From positions 75,394,001-75,458,000 of the forward strand of contig NC_087436.1 in the NCBI RefSeq assembly GCF_036321535.1: 64,000 bases of DNA, written 5' to 3'. Source of the DNA: Camelus dromedarius. Its lineage: Eukaryota. A program made the translations under genes and the position numbers. The notes under the pieces are model-generated. The model saw only the letters and a program-made list of their open reading frames with translations. It made no database searches and had not been told where the DNA came from. Shown piece after piece: positions 40,292 through 52,389 of the stretch. Each line of letters starts with the position of its first letter. Within the stretch, counting starts at the first letter, position 1.

Positions 40292-40557
40292 GTTTTGGGG
40301 ACCCAGCCCCCTTCAAGTGTGTTGATCTATTGTCTCCCAAGTGTTGTATGGTCACAAAGGTTACCTGCACATCTGTATTCCAAGGGAAAGGACAGAATGG
40401 GACATGTTTCTCTCTTCTTTCTGTCTTCTCTCTGAGTGCTTTCCACTTGGGCATGACCTTTATGTTATACATATAATTCCATTGACTTGCCATTGGCTTA
40501 AGCATAGTCAAGTGAACACACCTAGCTGCAAAACAGCCTGGGACCTTCCCCGAACCC

Positions 40558-40692
40558 TTTATCAAGGAGCAATTGACAAATAAAATTGTATGTATTTAAA
40601 GTGTAAAGTGGGATGATTTGATATATGTATATACTATGAAATGGTTACTACAATCAAGTTAATTAAAACATTCATCACTTCACATAGTTACC

Positions 40693-40745
<53 letters not shown>

Positions 40746-40893
40746 TGAGAATGCTTAGTTAGGATCTTCTGTCTTAGCAATTTCCTAGTGTGCAGTACAG
40801 CACTGATAACTGTAGTCACCATGCTGTGCATTAGATCCTGAGAACTTACTCATCTTATAACTGAAAGTTTATATCCTTTGACCAACATCTCCC
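40558..40893 (-). mobile_element. L1MA9/10-like 3' end
   Basis: aattgacaaataaaattgtatgtatttaaagtgt...catcttataactgaaagtttatatcctttgaccaacatctccc. Confidence 0.9.
40695..40744. repeat. (TG)25 microsatellite inside the L1
   Basis: Perfect run, seen directly. Confidence 0.95.
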
Positions 40894-42576
40894 TTTGGAG
40901 CATTATTTCTTTTGTCTGTCTCCTACCAGTAAAGGAAACCAAAATGATGAAAGTGGTTATTCTGTGTCTCTTTTTTTCATGTCTTATTTCCCAAGTTTTC
41001 TGGAGTAAACACATAGACTGGTATAACCAGGATAAATATTATCAAAGTGTGTAACAGATGTAATTCATTGCTGGAAGAACATAAACTTTTAAAGGGTACA
41101 TTTTTAACTGTTTCCTTTAACAAATATGAGAACCATAGAGAGAAGAAGTCAGTAGACAATTGTCCAAAATGGCTTTAAATAATATTTTATATAATTTGTT
41201 AATTCAACAAACACTTACTGAGCATTGTTCTTGGCCAGGGGAAAATTTTCTTCTACTACTTTTGTTCAATTTTCATTATTCATCATCTCTGTGACCTCCC
41301 AAGGTCAAAAGTTAACCAGGGAGTGAGGTACTTTTTCAAGTTAGAAACACTCATGCATGTAATTCTTGGGAACCAGATGTGCACAGACAGCCTTAATAAG
41401 TGTTGGGTTCATTATTTATGGTCGCCACTGGATTTAGAAAGGAGCTGGAACACGAGACACTGAGATCTCTACATCTTCAGGAAAGTAGTTGGCTCTGAGG
41501 ATTTTGGTGGAGGATAGCCGACTTCACTGCCATGGGTCCCCCAGTAGTCTGGGTTAATGTAGCTGAAGAAGGCAGAGGTTAAAAGGACAAAGGCTTCTTT
41601 CTTATTTGTTGTTCCCTTTCCCAATCTGTGCACTGTTCTGTGACTCATATGGGCAAAGGCACCATAACATTCTATCAGTAATAAATTTTCCTGCTTAATT
41701 TTATAGTAGCTCGATGGGTTAGGAATAATGTAAATTCTGTATCTGTCTTGAAGTCATCTATAAGCCTGTCATAAATTGCCCTGCCACATGCACATTTAAG
41801 GAATAAATTTTTATTACAGAAATTTTCAAGTAAACACAAAAATAGAATAATATAACGAACCCCGTGTAACCTTCATCTAGCTTCAAGAATTATTAATATT
41901 TTGCCAGCCTTGTTTAATCTGCTTTCTCCATTGTTTACTTTTTTGCTGGAGAATTTGAAAGCAAATCCTTCATTGTGTCTGAACATCCCACAGACAGCTT
42001 GATAAAAGCAGTACCTTCATGGATACCTCTCAGGCTTCCTTGAGGGCTGCCTGTGGAAAAAAGTGTTTTTGATTTTACAGCAGAAATTTTCCTCAAGCCA
42101 ATAATCTGCTTGTGCCAAGACCAATTAATGTACTCATCCATAACCAAGAGAAACAGTATGTGCTGTGTGCAAGTGGGTTGTGGAGCCCTTACCTGGCTTT
42201 TGCTTGCCATTTGTTTTAATTTGTTTGCCCTCACACAGCATCACTAGCCAATCACATCTTGACAGCCTTGAATGAACTAGCTGAGGGGCCCTGGTCACAG
42301 AATTAGGGCACAAAGAGACAGCCATCTTTGTGCAAGGGCTGTCCTCTCAGCTGTTATGATCTAAGTACAAAGTCTGTGTTCCCTGAGATTAATGACCATG
42401 CCAGAGGTTTCCTGCCCACCCCTCTTTCTCTAAAGCAGTAAGTCACTAGCCAGTTTGTAAACCTGTCTTTCTGAATGTTGGACAACAAAGTAGGTGGAGA
42501 AAGAACTGAAGTTTGGAGCACACCCGATCGCTATCTCGGCCATACTGTTTAATTTCACCCTGGTCTAGAAAATCTG

Positions 42577-43048
42577 TTTTTTTAACTGTGATAAAATACA
42601 CATAGCATTAAATTTACCATCTTAATTATTTTTAAGTGTACCGCTGAGTAGCATTAAATATATTCACCTTGTTGTGCAACCAATTTACAAAACTCTTTGC
42701 AAAACTGACACCCTGTATCAATTAAACAATAGTTCCCCGTTCCTCATCACCCCCCACCCCAGTCCTGGCAACCACCATCCAACTTTCCTCCTCTATGAAT
42801 TTGACGACTCTAGGTACCTCATATAAATGAAATTACAAAATATTTGTCATTTGTGACTGACAGCATAGTGTCTTCAGGTTCATCCATGTTGTAGCATGTG
42901 TCAGAATTGTGTTCCCTTTTTAAGGCTGAATGATATTCCATTGTATGTATACACCACATTTTGTTTATCCATTAATCCACTGTTGGACACTTGGGTTGCT
43001 TCTATGTTGGATCTATTGTGAATAGTGCCACTACAAATATGAGTGTGT
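42577..43048 (-). mobile_element. L1MB-like 3' end
   Basis: aaatttaccatcttaattatttttaagtgtac...cctggcaaccaccatc...ggttcatccatgttgtagcatgtgtcagaatt. Confidence 0.92.
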
Positions 43049-43919
43049 GTAAAGTGTTCTTTTAGATGAAAAATTCTCTTCCAATTATGGAATTTGTTGC
43101 TTCCTTGTATTTTTGGTGTCCCCCATTGGTTGAGTACTGTCCTTCCCTGTGGTTGTTGCAGGACCTATGATCCATATCATCATTTCTTTCAAATCCTGGG
43201 CAGTTTCTCTCTTTGACCTGCTGTGCAATTTGCCATTGGTACATCTACCACTTGGCACAGTGCTTGGGACATAGTGTAGATATTTGTCAAACAAGTGAAT
43301 GCATGAATGAATGAATGCACACAGCAAAATCAAATTGAAGAGAAACAAAAGATTATTTTCCTTATAAAATGATTGGGACCCCAGACCTGTGTGGATACAT
43401 CCCAGAATGCTTCTCTTTCAAACATCTGGCTCATGTTCCTATTTAAATTAACTCAGTATAGATTAATACAGCTATTCTTACCTGTGTTTTTAACACAGTC
43501 AAAACACAACCAATGCCTCCTCCTGCCTTTCTTTCCATGATTTGAACATAGGAGCTCAGTATATATCCACTCTAGAGAGAAAATCCATCAATGAAGGCAT
43601 GTATGAGGGAATGATTTAATGAATGAGCCAACTAAGAATATGTTCCTTGGTGGGTGGTATATTCCTTGGAGAGCTTCCTCATAATGGGAGAGAGGAAGGG
43701 AGGGCAGGAGGAATGGGACATCATTTATTCTCTCACTCCCTGAATATCGGCAGTTCTTGGTCCTGGGAGTTCATCAGTAGACACAGCAGGCATGATCTGG
43801 CTCTCAGGATTGTACCTGCGAGGGAGTGAAACAGACATAAGCAGAATGATTTCTAGCTGCTTTCTGTATCACGTGGGGAGACAGGAAGCCACGGCAGAGA
43901 GTATCAGGGGCCCGTGTGG

Positions 43920-44360
43920 TTGAGGGCAGTCAGGGAGGGCACGGGCGAGGAGGTGAGACGTGGGACACTGTGCAGGGTAAGGAAACGCTGGCCAGAGGAG
44001 AGGGTTTCCAGAGAGCCCACGCCAGGCTGATAGGACAGGGTGGAATGGGGCATGGAGCGGGGTGAGGCCAGAGCAACTGGCAGGCCATGGTAAAGAATTT
44101 GGATTTTTGTTTAAAGCAGTGAGAATCCATTGACATATCTGAACTTGAAAATGGTACGAGCTAATTTGCATTTTTAAAAGCTGGCTCTGGTTGCTGTGGG
44201 GAAAACTGCCAAGCAGCATGTCTAGAAGAAGAATACTCTGCCCTGGGTGCTAGAGACACAGCCCCATGAGAGATGAGGGTGGCTGGGGCCATGGGTGGCA
44301 GATGGAGCCCGGGGACCATAGGCCGACTGCTGGATTCACTCTGGAGATAGGAGAGTGCCT
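43920..44360 (-). mobile_element. L2 fragment
   Basis: aggccatggtaaagaatttggatttttgtttaaagcagtgagaatccattga...atttgcatttttaaaagctggctctggttgctgtgggga. Confidence 0.8.
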
Positions 44361-46713
44361 TCCTCGTCTCCTGAGTTACTCTGCTTGTCCCTATGCTGTT
44401 TTGTCACCTCTGAAGGCAGTTCCTCAAGGTCTAGCTAGTCTACTGCCGCTGTTGTCACTGCTGTCTTTATGAGTAGTTTTGTCTGGTGCTGGGTAAGATT
44501 CTTAGCACGAGCTCCTTGGACAGTAGCTTCTGCAAGCTCCTATGCCCTCTCTCTTATGAACCTAAAAGGTCTCTCTCTCTCTCACTGTCTGACTCTTACA
44601 CACACACATCAACACAAAAAATGGTTTTGTATCTAAATTAATATTTGACTGAATGAAATATGATAATTCTGTCCATCAGGGTCACTTCCATTTGACTCCT
44701 GAGAAACTTTATTTTGGAGCATATACGCAAGGAGAAGGGAGCAGTTTTAGAAAGATCTGTATTTAAAATACAGCATACTATGCTACCCTGAAACCTATTT
44801 TCTGTTCATAGAGGGTGGTGAGTTTTGAGTATATCTGGAAATATGCTTATGTGTGCTATGACTTGTTGAACCTATTCTGAACTGAAGAAGAGTAGATTGT
44901 CATTTTCCCTCATGTAGCACAGTTCATTACCTGCGTATAGCAGCACCAAACCAAGGGTGGGTAGTTTCAGAAGGGACATCAAGGAGATGATGCGGGGACT
45001 GGCTGCTAAGTGCACATTGTTTGCCTTCTGATACCTGGTTGAAACCCAGGTTCTGACTTAACGCTCAGATCTTGTCCAGGGGCAGATCTAAGAGAACTAT
45101 GCTGTAGAATCTTTGGATCCACCATCATTTTGCCCCTGCTCTTGAAATTACAGAAGGTTAGTCTCAGAATCAGTCAAACCAGTCTTCCTAGAGATCTTGA
45201 AACAAATGACGTTCCTGAACCCCTGCAAGCCTAGAGCAACCTACATGCTACCCTCGTCCCGTGGGGAAGAGAGATGGGAAGCCAGTCGGCTGTTGGGATT
45301 GAAGAGAACTAAGAAGCTTACCTCAACATTTCCTGAACTCTGCCTTCTCTCTATGTGGTTTTCTAAATATAAAGTGTGAAATCTCTTAGAAAGTGGTCAT
45401 TAAAATGAGTATCTTTTCGAGTCACAAAATAGAACTTGTAAATTACAAAAGACACATTCCTTTCTATCCTTAAGTAGGAAACGTTGTCTATTTCAGGATT
45501 CATTTTCCCCTGATACGGGATTTCAGCTCCAGATATAATTCAGGAGGTACTTGTCTGGTAATTGCATTCTTTTCCTGATTTTACTCTTTCTCATCTTGAA
45601 GATGATTTTATTTTTTCATGCTATCCACCAAATGCTATCTGTACGTATCTGTGAATTGTGGCCCTATTTATACGTGTTATCAGAGTGAATTACTTGTTTG
45701 TTTACGAATGAAGTTCTACCTCATTTAAGGCCATTTTTATCTATTAGCAAATGAATTCTATTTGAATTTTCATAAGTATGTTTTACTTCACACCAAAGAG
45801 CTGTTGTTTTAGAAAATCAGAAAATTAAACCTTTTTAAAACAAAAAATGTATTATCTGCTTATAAATAGCATAAGTAGAACAACAAATAATACACTTTCT
45901 AATTGCTTTTTCTTTCAGACCTAGCAACAATTGATCAAGGATAATGTTGATATCAACCAGTTTCTAGGATGAATAATATATACTGCTAAACAAAAACGTA
46001 CTTTTAAAAAGCTTTTAAAGGAGCCGCCTGCTAGTTCAAATTGATTAAGCATCTAAATAACTTGTTGAATTTAAAATATATTTGTATGAAATATGTTTCA
46101 TCCTTGAGGAACAATAAGAAACTTTGTTGAGAGGTTGAGCTTTCTCCAGAGTTTACTTGAGATGTCAGGATAAATAATAGCATTGCGGCTACACATTTGG
46201 AACTTAACATTTGGTTGGGCTTATTTTTGCTGCCACTCCACAGATAATAAATTTCATGAAGGGATCTTTCCATTGACAGAAGTTAGTTCCTTTTGTTTTC
46301 TCTGCAGAAAATGAGTTGCTTCGCTTTGTGATAGGCAGGTATCCAGGCACTAATACTTCCCTTTTCAGTCTAGAATCAGGTAATGACGGCCCATCATTTC
46401 TCCCTGACAGCGGGGATGACAGTCTTGCTTGTCCCATATCTTCTAGTACAGCTCAAGGACAGGAACAGTGGCCAGAATTTTATCAGCAGGCCCAAGAGTC
46501 AGGGGAAAGGAGTGATGCAAGTTGGAGTAGATGAATAACTCTTTGAAGATTTTTCTCAACTCCAGATTTGACCAGAAGGTGCTATTTTATTGTAGAACCC
46601 CGAATGCCTTTCCTCACTTATCTCTCCGGAGGGATACAAACACAGCCTATTTCATTGATCTATTCTTTTCTTCTCTCTCTCTGTCTTCTATCTCTTTCTC
46701 TCATGCAATAGAC

Positions 46714-46960
46714 CAGGTGTTGATCGACTACAGTTTGCAAGACAAATCCAATCTATGGCTGGGTTTTACATTTTTAAATTGTTGAAATACCAGAAGAAAA
46801 ATATTTCATGGCAATGATATGCCAGTGACCATAAGTAAAGTTTGATTGGAACATACCCTGCTGATTCACTTATATATTGTCTGTGGCTGTTTCTCTGCTC
46901 TGTTGACAAAGTTGAACTGAGGAGTCAGGACACATACCAAATAGCCCATAAAGTCTAAAT
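46714..46960 (+). mobile_element. MER58B-like hAT-Charlie element (3' incomplete)
   Basis: ggttttacatttttaaattgttgaaa...cataagtaaagtttgattggaacata...tattgtctgtggctg...cccataaagtctaaa. Confidence 0.8.
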
Positions 46961-47315
46961 TGAGGCAAGTCTAGGCCATTCTCAAAAAATGTTATTTACT
47001 ATGTATATAGCTATGATTCTGTTCTTAAGGGTAGTGTTGATTTTTCTGTATTGTGGAAAAGGTATTTTTTTCAAGAGCCAAATGGAGAACATTTTTTAAC
47101 ACATTTATCATGTTTGGTAGAGTCTAATTGTATTAAGAGAAGAGTAAAGCAATAAGGTATCAGAGCCAGTTCAGATAATAAATCATCTAATCTGAAGGTA
47201 TGAGATTAGTGCATCCATGGGTTTTGCCTGCTGCCTCTTTTCCCAGCCATTTTATATAGGAGCCCACCTCAACTTGTCAGGTTTGCAAACTATTCAGAAA
47301 TTTCAAGAATACTAG

Positions 47316-48063
47316 TGTTACCGACCCGAACTTGGGTCTGTTCGCCCACTTTGCAGCAAAGCCAATCAACTGACACCGGATTGTGGTGGAGGAAGGGATA
47401 GCAGGGTGCTAAGCAAGGATAATGGGCAGCTCATGATCAAAAGACCTGAACTGACTGATGGCTTTCAAGGAAGAGTTTTTAAAGGCAACATTTAGGGTGA
47501 AGGTTGCAAGGGGCATGGCTTTCTTCTGACTGGCTGGTGGTGAGGTAACAGGGTGACATTTGGGGAAGCCTAATCATCAGCCTTCTGGTTCCAGCCAGTC
47601 TGGCGTCTTTGTGCTGGTCATCAGCATGTAGTCACCACCCTCCACCTGGGATGCTGGGGGCCAGTCCTAGATCCTGCAGAACAACTCAAAGATGTGTGTC
47701 AGATTGTTATGCATATCCCTTGAGGAGGAATTAGGACTCTGTTTTATTGCTGTACTATTGTTGATTGCTTTTCTTTTGTTTCTGCATTCCCTCACTTTCC
47801 TACTTAGTAACTGTTCGAGTCTGCTCTTTGAAATGCAGGAAAGGACTAGGAGACCAAAGTCTTCTTCTACAAACCAGAAATGGGGGGCAAGGAGGGGCTT
47901 TTGTACCCAGGAGGGTCCTGCTCAGTTTTAATACCCCCTTTTCTTTGATACTCCTCAATCCTGAGGGGCACAGGAGAGGGACAAGAAAGAGAACGAAGTT
48001 TTGGATAGAGATGGTCATCATAAATTCAGCAAGGGAACTCAGTTTTAGAAGGACTTGGTTTCT
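47316..48063 (-). mobile_element. ERV1 solo LTR, cetartiodactyl MER41-like
   Basis: Ends tgttacc...ttggtttct; 4-bp TSD CTAG at 47312-47315 and 48064-48067; blocks gcaaagccaatcaactgacacc and gggcagctcatgatcaaaagacctgaact. Confidence 0.88.
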
Positions 48064-51000
48064 CTAGTAAAATTTTTTTTCTTTTAAAAGAAAATAGCAT
48101 GTTCATTATAAAAAGAGTTATATGTGACCAGCTATCTTTTTTAACTTAAAAAGTGGGAATATAGAATTTATTAGAAAGATTAAAAATATCAAATTTCTTT
48201 AGTGGTCTTTGGCAGCATTTTGAGACTTTTCCCCCTTCTCTGTAACAAATTCTTGTGTGCACACAAAGTTAATGTGCTAGTAAACAACTTCTGGGCTGAT
48301 TAATTCATAGTTTAAGTAAAATTACCTGAGAGTATTTTTGCATATGTGTTAGCAACTTTAAAAAATTTGCCTATGTTCTTTCTGTCTCATGCAGAGCAGC
48401 TCAACAGAATGCTATTTACTGCATTTGTAAGAGCTGTCTGTTAGCTCTCACTAAATGTTCTGATGTGCCTTGGAAAGGACTCTTATTCCCCAAATACTGT
48501 TTCCACAGAGATCCCATCCTTGCCAAGCTGCATTTCATTCTTTGAATTGCATAGCTGACCATCTTCCCACCTTTAGAATGGGGTCCAGGTTGAACCACCC
48601 CAGTGTGTGTTGAAAAGCATGGTTCATGGACATGAGGTTCCACAGTCATGAGGCCCTGAGCCACCAAGGAGGAGGTAGCAGCCCCTGATTTGCAAAATGA
48701 ACACTTCTTCTTTCCTACGTTTGACATTCAGCTTTGGAACTAGATCACAGAACTCTTCCACTATATTAAATGTCAATCATGGTACCAAAAATGGATAAAG
48801 GCTGAAATTGTATATATTGGATAAAGCCCAGGAAACAAGTTATAATGTATGCTCTGTCTTTAATGAAATCATTCCCCCAAAGACGCTGGAAATCTCAGGC
48901 TGGTCCACAGGGCAGCCTGAGAGAAGTCTCCCAGGCTGTCTACAGGGCTGTCATTAGCCTCCTGTAAGCTCTGGAAGAATATAGGGAACAGGGCAGCAGC
49001 ACCGTGGAGCCTTTCCCAGGTTCAATCTGGACAATTACTGAGCCTGAGGCACTGCTTGATTCTGCTCAATTTTGGAAGCGTTCTTGGAGTTATCCAGCCA
49101 GAACCTGTGAGGACTCCAGCGGAATCTATTAGAACCCCTCTGTGGGATTCACCTAGGATTCTGGCACTGGTTCGCAGATTCTAATAGTTCAGTTACTCAA
49201 TGTTACTGCAACCATGGTGGTACTCCTCCCCACTATCCACTGTATGATCTTCTAGTTTCCTGTGTGCATTTCATCTCATTGACAAGACTCTGAGCTCCCC
49301 TGGAAACTCATGGTCTACTTTTTTTAAGGGCTCCTAAGTATTAGTGGAACTTTCTGCTCAGCTCAGTGACTTATCTGTAAATGTTGACTGTGTTGCAGAA
49401 TAGAGGTTAGAAGTTTTCAGGAGAATGTATGCTTTTGCATGTCTATGCTGTGTGATGTTAACAAGTCCCAGCCAGACCTTGCAGCAGCAGCAATTTAATT
49501 CTTGTGCCGTTAGTCTCAAACAAACAGTAGTTGGGATGGGTGTTAAGCTTAAATATCTCCCATGTACCTTTTAAACCATACATCCCACCAGTGGATTGTC
49601 TGCGCCTGCCCTTTTGTTGTGGTGAATCCCCTAATTCTCTTTTCAGTCCCTTTCATCTCATCATTGTCCTCGAAGGCACAGCTCTGTAACTCACATAGGA
49701 ACCTTTCAACTTCCCTTGCATTTTGTTTTGTTCAGCCAATTGACTAGTACTGTCAGCTAATTGGAGTGAAAATGTAAAATGAAAGCTGTATTATTCAGCT
49801 GCCAAGTCTCCTCAGTTGGCAGGGAGTGCATGATGCTGGTAATTGTACCAGAAGTGTAATTGCTATGGGTTCTGCCTCTGGATTTAACAGGGAACCCTGG
49901 GAGGGTCTTCCTCGGAGACACCCGATACCTGCTTCTTGTCAGTGGCTTCCTGGCAAACAGGAGGCTTGAAGCAAATCTAATCAAGCATTCTTGTGTTGTT
50001 AGAGAATACAACCACTGTGTATTTTGCTGACTGTGGGAGTGGATTGCTCCGTCTAAGTACTTAGTCAATATGTCATTCCCATCAGAACTGGCAGTTAATT
50101 TCCTCTTGGTTTGGAGTGGGGGTGGGATCCACGTTCCCAGAGGTGAAGATGCCAACCTCATATATGCCAGTTGTGGCCTGTGCCCAGGTGTTCTTGGGAA
50201 CAGTAGCTGCCGTAGAACAGAAGCCCATTTTGTAAACTAGTTACGAATGAGGAAAGGTTTACATGTTTGGAAACAGTTGAATAGCTGAATGGAAAAATAA
50301 GGAAGGTAAAATGTAGTTGATTAGTTCATCATTAAAGTTGATCACCTCGGTGTTTGGCACAGCCAGTTTTTTTCTTTTTCCCCTTTTCTTTTCTTTTCCA
50401 CTTGAATCCATGAGTCAAGTAACAGTGGTGAGCAATGTTTTAGGGTAGATTTATGTTGGGTCTAGCATCTGGGAACATATGGCCCAGGTAACTTCCACTC
50501 TTCCCTCTAATTTAACCCTGAGCCAATGGCAGACAAGAGTAATCTTTCTCATTTAACCTACCTGGATGAAGCTTCAGAATCCTCAACATTTTACATCGCT
50601 GTTTCCAGAGCTGGTGTAAGTGATAAAACTGGTTTACTGTCTCTGACTTAGAAATTTAGAAAAAACATTTCCTCTATGAACCCAGGAAATGGAAACAGCG
50701 GCAGCTGAGTAATTATTCAACTCTTCTCATTTGCCGAGATTGAGAAAGTTGATCTGAGCAGTATTGTCTGGTATAGTTTTGTTACTGTATCATTATTATT
50801 TTATTATGCCTTGTGGCTTTAGAGAAAGCTTCCTCAAACCTTTCTAGAGGAGAGACTGTTTTTGTTTCCCTTAGAAGCATAAGATCTTTAGTAAGATGTG
50901 GAGAGTAAGATGGTGCCCCTGTTGGTCCCTGATTCCTGCCCTCCCCGAAATCCTCGCCAGCCGCAATGAGATGGGGTGTAGGTGGCAACAGCAGCGAAAG

Positions 51001-51074
51001 TCAGTTAGGTCTGTTGATCAGTTATGCTCAAACCTGTTGAGAGCTGTTCTCTTCAGAACTATCATTTTCAGTTG

Positions 51075-51355
51075 AGAGAGCATGGTTCTTGAAACTAAGA
51101 AGTTTTGGCTTCAAATCCTAGCTTCACCAGTTTTTGATGACTGACCAAATAGTTTCTTTAAGGTTTTTTTTTTTGGTGAAACAGCAATAATAACTACTTT
51201 ACAAGATTTGGGTGGAATTAAATGTCACATATAAAAACACAACATATGTAACTATGTATGTAACATGTATATACATATCCACATACGTGCACCTATATAT
51301 ACACACAAACGTATGTAATACATGTGGGTAATAGTTGCTCAGTAAATAGTAGTTG
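51075..51355 (+). mobile_element. MIR with AT-rich insert
   Basis: ggcttcaaatcctagcttcacca...atagttgctcagtaaatagtagttg. Confidence 0.6.
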
Positions 51356-51684
51356 TGAGTATTGTATGGACATAACTTGTGTACTGGGCATTCGACGATG
51401 GGGTTTGGGAAGTTGTATGTTTTATTTTTTTATTTTAAAGCAATTGTCTCTATGGTATCATATTTTGAAAAGTTAGCTTTCTAACCTCATAATGAGGAGT
51501 GGTTGGTATATCGATGGACGTGGCCATGAGATGCACACATGAGATAAATCTAGCAGCTGATGAACTGCTAAATTCATAAATTCTGCGAAGGGGTATAGTG
51601 ATCCCTCAGAATAACAGAGGTCATGTAGCGATGCGTCTGGCTACAGGAAAGGTCTGAGGCGGGAGAACTGGGAGCCTCTGCTCT

Positions 51685-52035
51685 ACCCTGTAAGTGCTAG
51701 GCACTGTGCCAAGAACTGTGTTACCCAATTTAATCTCCTGGTACTCCTCCAGAGTAAGTTTTGTTATCTTTCTTTTCTTTTTTTCCCCACGTAAAAGGGA
51801 ACAGAGGCTGGGTCAGGATAATTATCTTGCTTAATAAGGTTCTATAATTATTACGGCAGGGATCTAGAGTCCAGCCTGAAGTTGTTTGACTCAAAAATTC
51901 ATCTCTAGATTATGGATGATGTAATCTAATCTCTGAATTTTATGAAGGAGGACTTGGAGACCCATGCAAGTGACTTGTCTAGAGGACCCAGCTTGATAAA
52001 AGCAGGTTCTGACGCTCAGTCCTGTGCTCTTTTTC
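51685..52035 (-). mobile_element. MIR/MIR3 fragments
   Basis: gtgctaggcactgtgccaag...tttaatctc...aagtgacttgtctagaggacccagc. Confidence 0.6.
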
Positions 52036-52389
52036 TACACTAGGTTCTCTCTCCAGTTATTTTCTTTTGCTTTGTTCCCTGAGTGTTCAAAAGTCTTGCT
52101 TCCTTAACTGTATTTCAAGTTCAAGGGCAAATATACGGGGCTGGGCTGTATTCTTCTGTACTGTATCTGGTTTGGGTTATATTTTTCTGCATCTCCCATA
52201 TTGTTTAGCACAATTATAAATCCTCAATAAATTCTTGGTGAATCACATTCTTAAATGATCTAGTCTGTGAAATCCTATTTTGAATAAGGAAGGTGTATAA
52301 ATACATACAGATATACATATGTGCATATTGAGATTTTATCTTTGGGAAATCCAGTTGATATTTTATAATAAAAGCACTCAGTGTTGAAT

